A stretch of DNA of 64,000 nucleotides from assembly GCA_038845975.1 (NCBI GenBank), contig JAWBQF010000004.1:72020-136019 (forward strand), written 5' to 3'. Below, piece by piece: positions 40,904-50,343 of this stretch (the stretch's first letter is position 1; each line of letters begins with the position of its first letter). Source of the stretch: Candidatus Methanomethylicia archaeon. GTDB taxonomy: Archaea; Thermoproteota; Methanomethylicia; CALHIW01. A program made the position numbers and the translations under genes. The notes below the pieces were generated by a model. That model had not been told where the DNA came from, did no database searches, and worked only from the letters and a program-made list of their open reading frames with translations.

Positions 40904-41752
40904 ATGGAGTATCAAAGGTTTCTAACTCGAGGCTTTAAGCCCTTTAATCCTTTAGAGTTAGCAAAGGAAACTGAGAAAATAGTAACTAGGGAGGGAAATG
41001 AAGGTTTAGAGAGGAAATATACAGATTTTTATTCTGTTCCTGTTTATAGAGGTATAGCTACTGGGTATGCTGTTGGATGTTGTTTAAGATGTATTTACTG
41101 CTGGAGTAATTGGTCTAGAGATTTTCCTGAAAGGTTTGGTAAGTTTTACTCTCCTAGACAAGCTGCTCAGAATTTATTTAAGGCAGCTGAGCAGGGAATA
41201 GTTTACTCTAATTATTGGAGGATACTTATCCCTAAAATTAGTAAGCTCCGCTTATCTGGATGTGAGCCTACTATTGGAAAAGAGCATTTATTAGCTGTTC
41301 TCAGCTTTGTTAAAGAATCAAAATATCCCCTTTTTATTTTGGAAACAAACGGAATAATTTTAGGAAATGATAGAGATTATGTTAGAAAACTTGCTGAATT
41401 TAAGGGTAAGCTCTACGTTAGAGTTTCTTTCAAAGCCGCTACTCCAGAAGGCTTTACTCAGAGAACTGGAGCAATGGGGGAATTCTATGAATATCCCTTC
41501 AAAGCTTTAAAACATTTACTTGACGAGGGAATTTATGCAAGAGCAGCAGCAATGACTGATAGTAGAATAATGCCGAAAGAAGAGAGAGAAATCCTAATTC
41601 ATATGCTTGATGAAATCGACCCAAAAGCAAACTATGCTAAAACTCTAGAGGAGGAAGTTATTGATGCATACGACACAACAATGAAGAGATTAAAGGCCTT
41701 CAAAGATAGGGAATATGCAAGAAAGCTTATACAGGAATTCCTAGAGATATAA
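40904..41752 (+). CDS. Radical SAM protein of unknown function
   Basis: CxxxCxxC within GCCLRCIYCW, SGCEP and ETNG motifs. Confidence 0.9.
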   Translation: MEYQRFLTRGFKPFNPLELAKETEKIVTREGNEGLERKYTDFYSVPVYRGIATGYAVGCCLRCIYCWSNWSRDFPERFGKFYSPRQAAQNLFKAAEQGIVYSNYWRILIPKISKLRLSGCEPTIGKEHLLAVLSFVKESKYPLFILETNGIILGNDRDYVRKLAEFKGKLYVRVSFKAATPEGFTQRTGAMGEFYEYPFKALKHLLDEGIYARAAAMTDSRIMPKEEREILIHMLDEIDPKANYAKTLEEEVIDAYDTTMKRLKAFKDREYARKLIQEFLEI

Positions 41753-42131
41753 GCAAACATTCCTAATGCGATAGCCCTTACAGTTGGAGGCTTACTTGAT
41801 GCAAAGTTCAGGTAATTTATGACTAAGATAAAAATTATAGCTTTCCTCTCCTCCTCACCTAATTTAAAATCCTGAAGAAACCTTCAAGATTAGGCATTAT
41901 CTCCTCTACGAACATTTATAGAACTGTGTAAAATATCCCAAAGCTAATACGTGTTATACTGGAGAGGAAAGGTGAATAGTTAATAGATTAAACAAGATTT
42001 CTTTCTTTAATGTTTTATCTTCCATCAATGATTTTAAAATCATCTTTACCTCATTTTACTAAGTTTATTTTACATTAGAAAACTCTTACACAATATTTTT
42101 ATGATAAGAATACTAATAACTCTGAGGGAAG

Positions 42132-42797
42132 TTGCCGGAAGAAATACCGTGGCCTTTCAGTAGGCTTTATGATAGATATGTTAATCGAGTATTCGTTAAG
42201 TGGTTTAAGCAGATAGCAAGTGAAATTAGAGATAGCCATATATCAGGAACTATTCTTGATATAGGTACTGGTCCTGGACGTTTACCTATAGAAATAGTTA
42301 AGCAGGTACCTAATGTTAAAGTGATTGGAATCGATATTTCAAAGAGTATGATTAAGATTGCGAGAAAGAATGCAGAGAAGGAGGGAATTGATAAAGTTGA
42401 GTTCAGAATTGGAAGTGCTTATAATACTGGTTTTAAGGATTTATCTGTAGACTTGGTTTTAAGTACAGGGTTAATTCACCATTTAAAAGAAGCTGTTAAA
42501 GCTTTTAACGAAATATATAGAATCCTAAAGTATAAAGGAGAAGCCTGGATTTATGATGGACGTAGAGATGCTACAAAAATTGAAATTGAGGAAACTATTC
42601 GAAGTATGGATATGGAGAAGGATCTCCCACTACCCTTATGGATAATAGAGAGAATTTGGCCCTACATGCATATAGGATGTAAAACAGATGTTTACATTAC
42701 TGGTAAAATTGGAGAAGCTCTCAGGAAAAGCTTGTTTAAAAGCTATAACATTGATAAGAAAGGAGCCTACATAAAGATCACGCTAAAGAAAACCTAA
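42132..42797 (+). CDS. Class I SAM-dependent methyltransferase
   Basis: ILDIGTGPG, GIDIS..M and EIYRILK..G motifs. Confidence 0.9.
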   Translation: MPEEIPWPFSRLYDRYVNRVFVKWFKQIASEIRDSHISGTILDIGTGPGRLPIEIVKQVPNVKVIGIDISKSMIKIARKNAEKEGIDKVEFRIGSAYNTGFKDLSVDLVLSTGLIHHLKEAVKAFNEIYRILKYKGEAWIYDGRRDATKIEIEETIRSMDMEKDLPLPLWIIERIWPYMHIGCKTDVYITGKIGEALRKSLFKSYNIDKKGAYIKITLKKT

Positions 42798-43043
42798 AAT
42801 CACTGAAATTATTAGAAACCAGTAATCTATTCTCCCATAGCTTTTATCCTTAATGTTCTAGTGTAAATTTAGAATTGGTTAGGGAAACTGTTAAGAAGAA
42901 GCTTCTGAACTTTAAGAGTAGATTTTAAAGATATTATAGTTAAGTTGATAGAACATAGCTTAAATAGTGAAAATATTTATGGGGAGATAGATAATTAATT
43001 TTAAACATAATTTCTGCTAATAGATTTATAATCCTCAATTAAA

Positions 43044-46000
43044 ATGATAAGTATGAAACGAATTTCAAAGATTCTGTTATTGATAGTATTAGCTTTATCT
43101 AATTTATTATTTCTCAATTTGACTGCGGATGAGATAAACTATGAAGTAACTGGTCCCCAGGTTAAGGGTTTATGTAGCTTTCTTGAGTTACAGTATATTC
43201 ATGAAGCTGGTCTGCTTAGAGCAGCTACCACAGTAGAACCTGAAAGGGAGAGAATCTATATTGCTTCAGATAACTTATTGGCTGCAAGAGCTCTAACCCT
43301 ACTAGGAAGTAAGCTTGGTGTAAAGATACTTACCGTCTTATCCCAAAAATACAGCTTCGGCTTTAACTGTCGTCATGAAGTAATTCTTGGATTTAACATA
43401 CCTGATGAATTCTATGCTTTAAGACAGGAAAAGATTGGTGAAGTCTACTCTACAGCATTAGGCTTAAAATTTGAGATACTCTATGAGAAGCCGGATAAGT
43501 CAAGAATTATTTATGATTGGCGTGAATATGTAGACCTCACTATTTATAGAGCTTTAGACTACATTATAGAGGGAAGAATAAGCGAAGCTGAGGAACTTTT
43601 CAGAAACATACTCTCAGCTTGGGATGGAAATGGTTTTAGAGATAAAGCTCAGAAGGAAAGTGGAAGATATGAAACATACAAGATTGCACTTGCACTCTAT
43701 CTCTACAGAGTTCTTATTGAGGTTAATGGTAAATGTCCTATTGAGACTGAAACCATTAATAAATGGTATACTATCCTAAGAAGAATGCAGACAGTAAATG
43801 GAGGCATAGTAACCCACTATGTTGTTAGAAATGAAGTTATTGAGCCTTTAGGAGATGCTAATACTGAAACTACAAGTATTACAGCTATAGCTCTTAGCAA
43901 CTTACCTTCACTCTTCAGCAGGAACTCTAAGCTCTACCTATTACAGATAGATGTAATAACAGATTCAGACTGGACTAGTGTGAATTTTCCTAATGGTCCT
44001 ATTATAATAGCTTACAATGGGTCAATTCTTACAGGTGGAAATGCGTCTGAATTAAAGTATTACTTCGATAATATGAGGGTATGGATAAGTAAGAAGACAT
44101 ATGATACGACTAAAGTAACCTTGCGAATAACTGGAATAGCAATTAGGGGCTCTAATCTAGGAGGAATTGTGATAATGAAGGGACATATAGGTGTTACTGA
44201 GGTAGTATTAAGGTTTTGGGATGGAGGAGGGTTCATCTATTATAGCTCGGTTAGACATGAAGGTATTAATCAGAGTGATCCAGTATCTAATCCGAGATTC
44301 TTTACCATAAATTATGATTTTCTCTATGCCAAGCCAGTTGGTACAGCACTCCGTGAATCTATTCCACTAGCAATGCAGAAAAAAGTATGTGCTTTCTACT
44401 ATCCCTGGTATGGTAATGCTAGAGGACCTAGCCGCTGTTTCTTTCATTGGGAGGGTGTAGATGTTGATTCAATCGGTTCTTCAACCCATTATCCGATGCT
44501 AGGGCCTTACGATAGCTACGATGAGAAAGTTATAGAGACGCATATGCTATTAGCTAAATCCTCAGGTATAGATTATTTCATTGTATCCTGGTGGGGCATA
44601 GATACCTTCGAAGATAAAGTATTCCACAGTCTCCTCAATGTAGGTGAGCAGTTAGGCTTTAATATAACAATATACTATGAATCATATAGAGGATTATCCC
44701 CTCTTCTAGATCCTACCCAGATAGTTAATGAGCTTTCCTATGTAGTTAGGAATTATGCTTCTTCCCCAGCTTTTCTGAAGGTGAACGGTAGACCAGTTAT
44801 ATTTATCTATGCTGTTGAAGCATATGGGAGAGATCTGGATTTCTGGTTTAAAGTAAGGCGGAGCCTTGAGGAACATGTTGGACCCGTATATCTAGTAGGT
44901 GATTTAAGGGATCCACGGTATATTCATGTTTTCGATGCTTTCCATACATATATCGAGCTTAACCTAAACGTAATGGAGGATGTATTCAAAACCTACAGGC
45001 AAAAAATGAGTATTGGATTAAAGGATCTTGACTTAAATCAAGCTATTAACATCATACTGAGTAAAGGAAACCCAACAATACAAGAGAAAGCACTCTGCTT
45101 CACAGTAGTTCCAGGCTATGATGATAGGAAGATTAGATATCCTGGAGCTCTTCTAGATAGAAGAAATGGAGAAACCTATAAGGCCTACTGGCAAAAGGCT
45201 TTGAAAGCAGATCCAGACCTCATCCTAATTACAAGCTGGAATGAGTGGCATGAAGGTACGGAGATAGAGCCAAGTAGAGAATACGGCTTCACATATTTAC
45301 GGCTAACAGCTATATATACTGCTCAGTTTAAGAAAACTAGCTTACCATACATAGAGAAGCCTAAATTAATTTTGAAATATCTACCGAGAATAGATAATGG
45401 TACTCTAAGCCTAAACATCAGTAGTCAAGATTATACAGCCTTCATAATTACAATTAAGATTATACTTAATTCTAGTTTAGAGGCCAGCTATATGGAGGGC
45501 TACCTTACTTCCACTATACGGCAAGATAATCTTGACGTGATAACCGTAGTATTCCCCGTTCTGAAGAGTGGAGAATCTGTAACTATGAGGTTTCAACTAA
45601 GAAGACATTTACCTGATACTGTGAATATCAAAGAGACAACTGTAGAATACTATTCAGCTAATGGGGAAAGATTTAAGCAGGAAGTAGGGGAAGAGTATTA
45701 CCATAGGTTAACTGTAAGAGGACCAAGTGATTTAGCTATTACTATATTCGGTCAGCTCTATATTGCTAGAAATGGAAACATTAACCTCTGGATGAGGAGG
45801 CAAGCTGTGGAGGTACATGTCTTAAGTGAGGTTATCCAAATTTCAGATAATGAAAGACTAAGATTTACTGGATGGAGTGATGGTAATGTGGAATCTAGAA
45901 GAATAGTGAAGCTGGAAAAACCCTTAACTCTTGAAACTATATATCAAAGACAGTTCAGACTCATATTTGAGGATACTTATAACATTATCTTAATACCTAG

Positions 46001-46529
46001 CAGTATGGAGGAAAACTGGTATGTGGAGAATTCAAATGTAAACATTTCAGTTAAAGCTATACAATATATAAACAATTCAACGAGGAAGGTACTTACATCA
46101 TACTTTATAAATGATGTAGAGCATTCAGTTTCCACACAGGAAGATTTATTTATCATTAGGATAGTAATAGACCAAGCTGTCAAATTGAAGTTTAAATACG
46201 TCACACAATACTTTATTAAAGGCTATTCCAAGTTTAGCCGTGTCCTTGGTGAAGGATGGTATCCTGAAGGATCAGAGGCTATACTAAGTGTAGATAATGA
46301 TTCTGTTCCTATGGAGGGACTTCTCGGTCTAATAGGTGGAACATACAATGCAGATTCAAAAACCAAAAAGCTTAGAGTAACAGGTCCAATGGAAGCCCAC
46401 TTCGCATGGACTCCAAACTATAGACTTCCTACAACTGTTTCACTATTTGCTATTGGTCTATCCATAGGTATACTCTCCCTACTTATTGTTAGAAGACGCC
46501 GTAAGAGAACTTCTAGTACGGACAGCTAG
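43044..46529 (+). CDS. Large membrane-anchored secreted protein with GH99-like glycoside hydrolase domain
   Basis: Signal peptide; AFYYPWY, LGPYDS.D, VSWWG, PGYDD and TSWNEWHEGTEIEP motifs; C-terminal beta repeats, TM helix and RRRRKR tail. Confidence 0.88.
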   Translation: MISMKRISKILLLIVLALSNLLFLNLTADEINYEVTGPQVKGLCSFLELQYIHEAGLLRAATTVEPERERIYIASDNLLAARALTLLGSKLGVKILTVLSQKYSFGFNCRHEVILGFNIPDEFYALRQEKIGEVYSTALGLKFEILYEKPDKSRIIYDWREYVDLTIYRALDYIIEGRISEAEELFRNILSAWDGNGFRDKAQKESGRYETYKIALALYLYRVLIEVNGKCPIETETINKWYTILRRMQTVNGGIVTHYVVRNEVIEPLGDANTETTSITAIALSNLPSLFSRNSKLYLLQIDVITDSDWTSVNFPNGPIIIAYNGSILTGGNASELKYYFDNMRVWISKKTYDTTKVTLRITGIAIRGSNLGGIVIMKGHIGVTEVVLRFWDGGGFIYYSSVRHEGINQSDPVSNPRFFTINYDFLYAKPVGTALRESIPLAMQKKVCAFYYPWYGNARGPSRCFFHWEGVDVDSIGSSTHYPMLGPYDSYDEKVIETHMLLAKSSGIDYFIVSWWGIDTFEDKVFHSLLNVGEQLGFNITIYYESYRGLSPLLDPTQIVNELSYVVRNYASSPAFLKVNGRPVIFIYAVEAYGRDLDFWFKVRRSLEEHVGPVYLVGDLRDPRYIHVFDAFHTYIELNLNVMEDVFKTYRQKMSIGLKDLDLNQAINIILSKGNPTIQEKALCFTVVPGYDDRKIRYPGALLDRRNGETYKAYWQKALKADPDLILITSWNEWHEGTEIEPSREYGFTYLRLTAIYTAQFKKTSLPYIEKPKLILKYLPRIDNGTLSLNISSQDYTAFIITIKIILNSSLEASYMEGYLTSTIRQDNLDVITVVFPVLKSGESVTMRFQLRRHLPDTVNIKETTVEYYSANGERFKQEVGEEYYHRLTVRGPSDLAITIFGQLYIARNGNINLWMRRQAVEVHVLSEVIQISDNERLRFTGWSDGNVESRRIVKLEKPLTLETIYQRQFRLIFEDTYNIILIPSSMEENWYVENSNVNISVKAIQYINNSTRKVLTSYFINDVEHSVSTQEDLFIIRIVIDQAVKLKFKYVTQYFIKGYSKFSRVLGEGWYPEGSEAILSVDNDSVPMEGLLGLIGGTYNADSKTKKLRVTGPMEAHFAWTPNYRLPTTVSLFAIGLSIGILSLLIVRRRRKRTSSTDS

Positions 46530-46635
46530 CTACATGACCATGATATAGTATATTTCAAATAATACTTTTAATAAGATTTTTTGTAGTTGGTTTCTGATTC
46601 TTTTCTATGAATGTTCTTAATCTTCTTTCAAGTAA

Positions 46636-47332
46636 GGCTTTGTTAACTTAAGCATGTTTATTACCTCTATTTTGGTATTGTGTTTCTATGAATTCCTTAG
46701 CTTTTATTTTCTTGTTAATCCATGTTTGTTTAGCTATACTATTGACTTCATAAGAATTGATGTATGCTCATTATCACATTTATCCTTCATGTTATGTAGT
46801 TATCGAATAGCTTAGTTCTATCCTAATATAATGTATGATTCCTCCATTAGATTCCTAACCTATAAACTATATCATGTTTAATTTTAATATTTTACGCTTA
46901 TAGTATTAAGCTTCATCACTTAATAAACTATATTAACCGCAGATAGCTCCTAATTTTCTTAAGGAATGTTAGGGATGTAGGTATGTTGCAACATCGCAAA
47001 CCCATATGTAGAGAATTCTTCTCAATAGTGGCTCGAATACGACATAAACAATCTTCCTCATAGACCCCACACTTATAATAGCATCATCAACCACAATCCT
47101 AACATCCCCTATCAAAATCAAATAGCTTAAGATAAACCACAATAATATAGATACATAACCTAAAATAATAAAGCTTAAAATATCTGAAGCCATTCTAGAA
47201 GAACGAAAATATATAAGCAATAAACAACTAAAGTAAATGAAGTTCTCTCACTAATAAACCTAACAACTTTAACCATATTAACACCATAAATAAGGGAGAG
47301 AACTTCCAAATAAATCTAAAGTTAACAAAGCC
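46636..47332 (-). mobile_element. Decayed IS6-family element, copy A
   Basis: Perfect 14-bp TIR GGCTTTGTTAACTT / AAGTTAACAAAGCC. The interior is homologous to 60975..61687 and the transposase is broken. Confidence 0.85.
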
Positions 47333-47639
47333 ATCTACGATGATTAAAATAGGATTAACCTAACAGTTTTCATATCACTATTCAATTGCCACGAACTCTG
47401 GCATTATTGGTAAAGATATTGTGGAATGGGTTGAAGTATTCTTAAGAAAATAATTTAACTATGAAACATATTGCAACTCTTCATCAATTCATGACTAGGG
47501 TCTTGGTTTCGCCGAGACTCCAGTAACAGGGGAATTAGGCTGGTATAAATATAAAAATCTATAGGTAAAATTGATAATTAAATGAAAGGTTGGTGTGAAT
47601 GTGAAAAATAATAAAAGAAAAATACCTGGCATGCTCTGC

Positions 47640-48150
47640 ATTTTATCGGGAATTGAGTGGGAGACCTATTTTGACAGACATAATAAATCGTCCAACTATC
47701 TCTTGGAGTTTAGGCTTTCTATAAGCTAAGCGATATTTTCTTCCATCTATTCCGCAGACGAGTTTTCCCGGAATAGATATATTACTTTAGTCTTCATCGA
47801 ATAGGCTTTATTCTCTTTGAGCCTCTCTTGGGCCTTCTCAAATAATCCCCTATAGATTATCGCTGGCACTTTGACTAAAATTCACTCTTCCATCGGCCTT
47901 AAATTCTCAACCTTTTTCCTTGATCTGTTCGGCTTCTTACACTTTCTCCACCAATAAAATTCCAGTGTACATTTCTCTGGTTAGCATTCTGTAGATAGTC
48001 GTCTGATGCCGCCAACACTTTACATTCAACTTTTCCTCCTAACAATTCTATCGAACTTTGTAGGGATTTTCATCTCGTTCAATCTCTTTTGAATCTGGTA
48101 AATGTTCAAGCCATCGTTAGCGAGCTAATTGAAAACCATTCTGACAAATA
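47640..48150 (-). pseudogene. Large serine recombinase fragment (recombinase + Zn-ribbon domains)
   Basis: VRMVFN*LANDGLNIYQIQKRLNEMKIPT...TIYRMLTREMYTG...LVKVPAIIYRGLFEKAQERLKEN...GKLVCGIDG across frameshifts. Confidence 0.75.
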
Positions 48151-48187
48151 TGATTGTCAAGAGGAAAATAAAAAGAACTTTTCCGTC

Positions 48188-48541
48188 TTACTTCTCAACT
48201 TTTGAGCCGATTTCCTCCAATATCTTTAAAATTTGTTCTTTGAGTATGGGAAGTTTCTTTTTGATTGTTTCCCAAACCAGTTCCAAATTTACGCCAAAGT
48301 ATTCATGGATTAACTTATCCCTCATACCAGCGATATCTTTCCAGGAAACTTCCCGATGCCTCTTTCTCAGCTCCCTACTTAACTTCTTTGTTGCCTCACC
48401 AACTATCTCGAGAGCTCTTAAGACCGCATACTGTTTCTCTACGTTTTCAAAAAATGCTTCTTTGGTTACGCTCTCGGTAAATTTCTCTATCTTGGATATG
48501 GCATCTAAGATATGTTTTAGGTACGCTTCATCTTTTTTCAT
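48188..48541 (-). CDS. HepT-like (DUF86) HEPN RNase toxin
   Basis: [22 protein letters not shown] (RX4HXY). Confidence 0.93.
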   Translation of the reverse strand: MKKDEAYLKHILDAISKIEKFTESVTKEAFFENVEKQYAVLRALEIVGEATKKLSRELRKRHREVSWKDIAGMRDKLIHEYFGVNLELVWETIKKKLPILKEQILKILEEIGSKVEK

Positions 48542-48863
48542 AGATTACCTGCATCTCCTTTTTTACATCCTCTATTATGCAGGGGTTTAGAGTACTAAAA
48601 ATTCCAAGATCAACCTTCCTTTTGAAGATCTTACTTAACTCATTTTCTATTCTAACCAAGTCGAGGAGACTCTTCCCGCTATTTTCTTCAAATTCAATGG
48701 CTATATCAATATCGCTTTTTCTCTTTTGCTCTCCTCTAACAAAAGAGCCAAAGATAGCCATAAAAACTATGTCGTTCCTCTGGCAGATCTCGAGTAATTT
48801 CTCCTTTAAGCCTTCTTTCCTTAGCTCTTTTGGTAAATTTTCTATTTCAATTTTTATGTTCAT
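48528..48863 (-). CDS. MNT minimal nucleotidyltransferase antitoxin
   Basis: [17 protein letters not shown] (GSX10DXD) and RKVDL; overlaps the HEPN gene. Confidence 0.93.
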   Translation of the reverse strand: MNIKIEIENLPKELRKEGLKEKLLEICQRNDIVFMAIFGSFVRGEQKRKSDIDIAIEFEENSGKSLLDLVRIENELSKIFKRKVDLGIFSTLNPCIIEDVKKEMQVIYEKR

Positions 48864-49009
48864 GTTGCCACTTACTAAAAGACTCCCTAAATTTAAGCCT
48901 TTTCCTCATAAAGTTTTCCGAGTCCTTCAACCAATTCTTGGATTGGGTCTAGAGATTCTTTAACCATTCTTGGTTTAAAAATTCATTAAACTTCTCATCT
49001 GAAATTAAA

Positions 49010-49068
49010 AGGTGCATAGAGACACAATACAAAACAGAGATGATCAATATGCTTAAGTTCACAAGTCT
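49010..49068 (+). mobile_element. 3'-end fragment of IS6-family element
   Basis: CATAGAGACACAATACAAAACAGAGATGATCAATATGCTTAAGTTCACAAG matches the reverse complement of about 46638-46690. Confidence 0.65.
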
Positions 49069-49112
49069 AGTTCTACTCTGCAAAGAATATTAATAAGAGA
49101 AGACTGAGTAGA

Positions 49113-49436
49113 GTGGAAATGATAGGATTACAGGAAGTAATTACGATCGCAGGTGTTGTTGCAGGCGCAATCATGGCATTGAAAGGAATTCAAGAATATA
49201 GACGTTCCATCATGTTTAGACGGGCTGAGTGGCTTTATTCGCTCTACCGCGATTTTTACATGCTTGGAGCGTTAAAAGAAGATGATGTTAAGGCCATGTT
49301 TGACTACTACTTAAAACTCTTTTATAAATCTAAGCTTACAATTGAATATTTATCAAGAATGGGTTTTGAATACTTAGCGGAATATTTAGAAAGATATAAG
49401 CATTCTACAGGTGATGGAATTGAGGGAGAAGATTAA
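49113..49436 (+). CDS. Hypothetical protein with N-terminal TM helix
   Basis: ORF track; single TM helix; overlaps the next gene; may be internally deleted. Confidence 0.5.
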   Translation: MEMIGLQEVITIAGVVAGAIMALKGIQEYRRSIMFRRAEWLYSLYRDFYMLGALKEDDVKAMFDYYLKLFYKSKLTIEYLSRMGFEYLAEYLERYKHSTGDGIEGED

Positions 49437-49779
49437 TAAAATCTTTGTTTATGGAACACTTGAGAAAACAGAGTTCTTCATAGATTTAATTAGTGCAGGA
49501 GAAATAAGGTATGTTGGGAGTGGTAAGATTCGGGCAAAACTCTACGATTTAGGAGAATATCCTGGAGCAGTAGAACATAAGGAAAGCTACGTTTATGGTA
49601 GAGTATATGAAGCCCAAAATATAGATAAGGTTTTACCGTTATTCGATAAATATGAGGAATTCTACCCAGATAATCTGGAGAGTAGCCTTTTCGTTAGAAA
49701 AGTTGTGAGGGTAACTATGGAGAATGGGGAGAGTTTAAAGGCCTTCGTCACATTTACAGCAAAGAATGTGAGCTTCTAG
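49411..49779 (+). CDS. Gamma-glutamylcyclotransferase (AIG2-like), possibly frameshifted near the C-terminus
   Basis: IFVYGTL, LYDLGEYPG and VYG.VY motifs. A 1-nt insertion near 49750 would restore AFVYIY. Confidence 0.82.
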   Translation: MMELREKINKIFVYGTLEKTEFFIDLISAGEIRYVGSGKIRAKLYDLGEYPGAVEHKESYVYGRVYEAQNIDKVLPLFDKYEEFYPDNLESSLFVRKVVRVTMENGESLKAFVTFTAKNVSF

Positions 49780-50343
49780 CCATCTTTACCCTTCTTGTGA
49801 TATGCTTCAACTCTCTTTGATGCTTTACTTTCGTTTGGTAGTTCCTTGCTCATACAAGACTCTACAAAAAAGTGCTTAAATGTTGAGGATGTTGTTTTAA
49901 CACTCTAATGCTTACTTTAGCTTACGAACCTCGACTAAGTTTCACAGCTAGCTCCTTAAACAGTTTGTAGTTCTATGACTAATCGAAGAACTTTTATTTA
50001 GCCTTGCGCCTAGGCTTAATGAGCTACTAACGCTTAAAACTATTAAAAGAATGAAATGAGTGAATAAAATGGATGTGATGAGGAGAATAAATAAGCTTAA
50101 GGGAGCAGGAGGAAAATAGTTAAAGACATTATCAAAACAATGGAAACCAGACTTCAAAGCTTAATATTGAAACCTATGTGAAGAGTGGAGAGTAATACTG
50201 CTACTACAATGGAGCTGTAAGCTTTGCTGTTGATGTTGTTAACGGCTTTTCTCAAAGCTGCATGTCGTTACAATTTTGCCTCCTGCCACGTTTAAAACAA
50301 TATTTACGTAAAATATATAATTGTCCTAGCAAAAGTATTAAAT

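Noticed and set aside
46969-47220. 83-aa ORF (and 60936..61148)
   Set aside because: Pieces or shadows of the broken IS6 copies, not independent genes.
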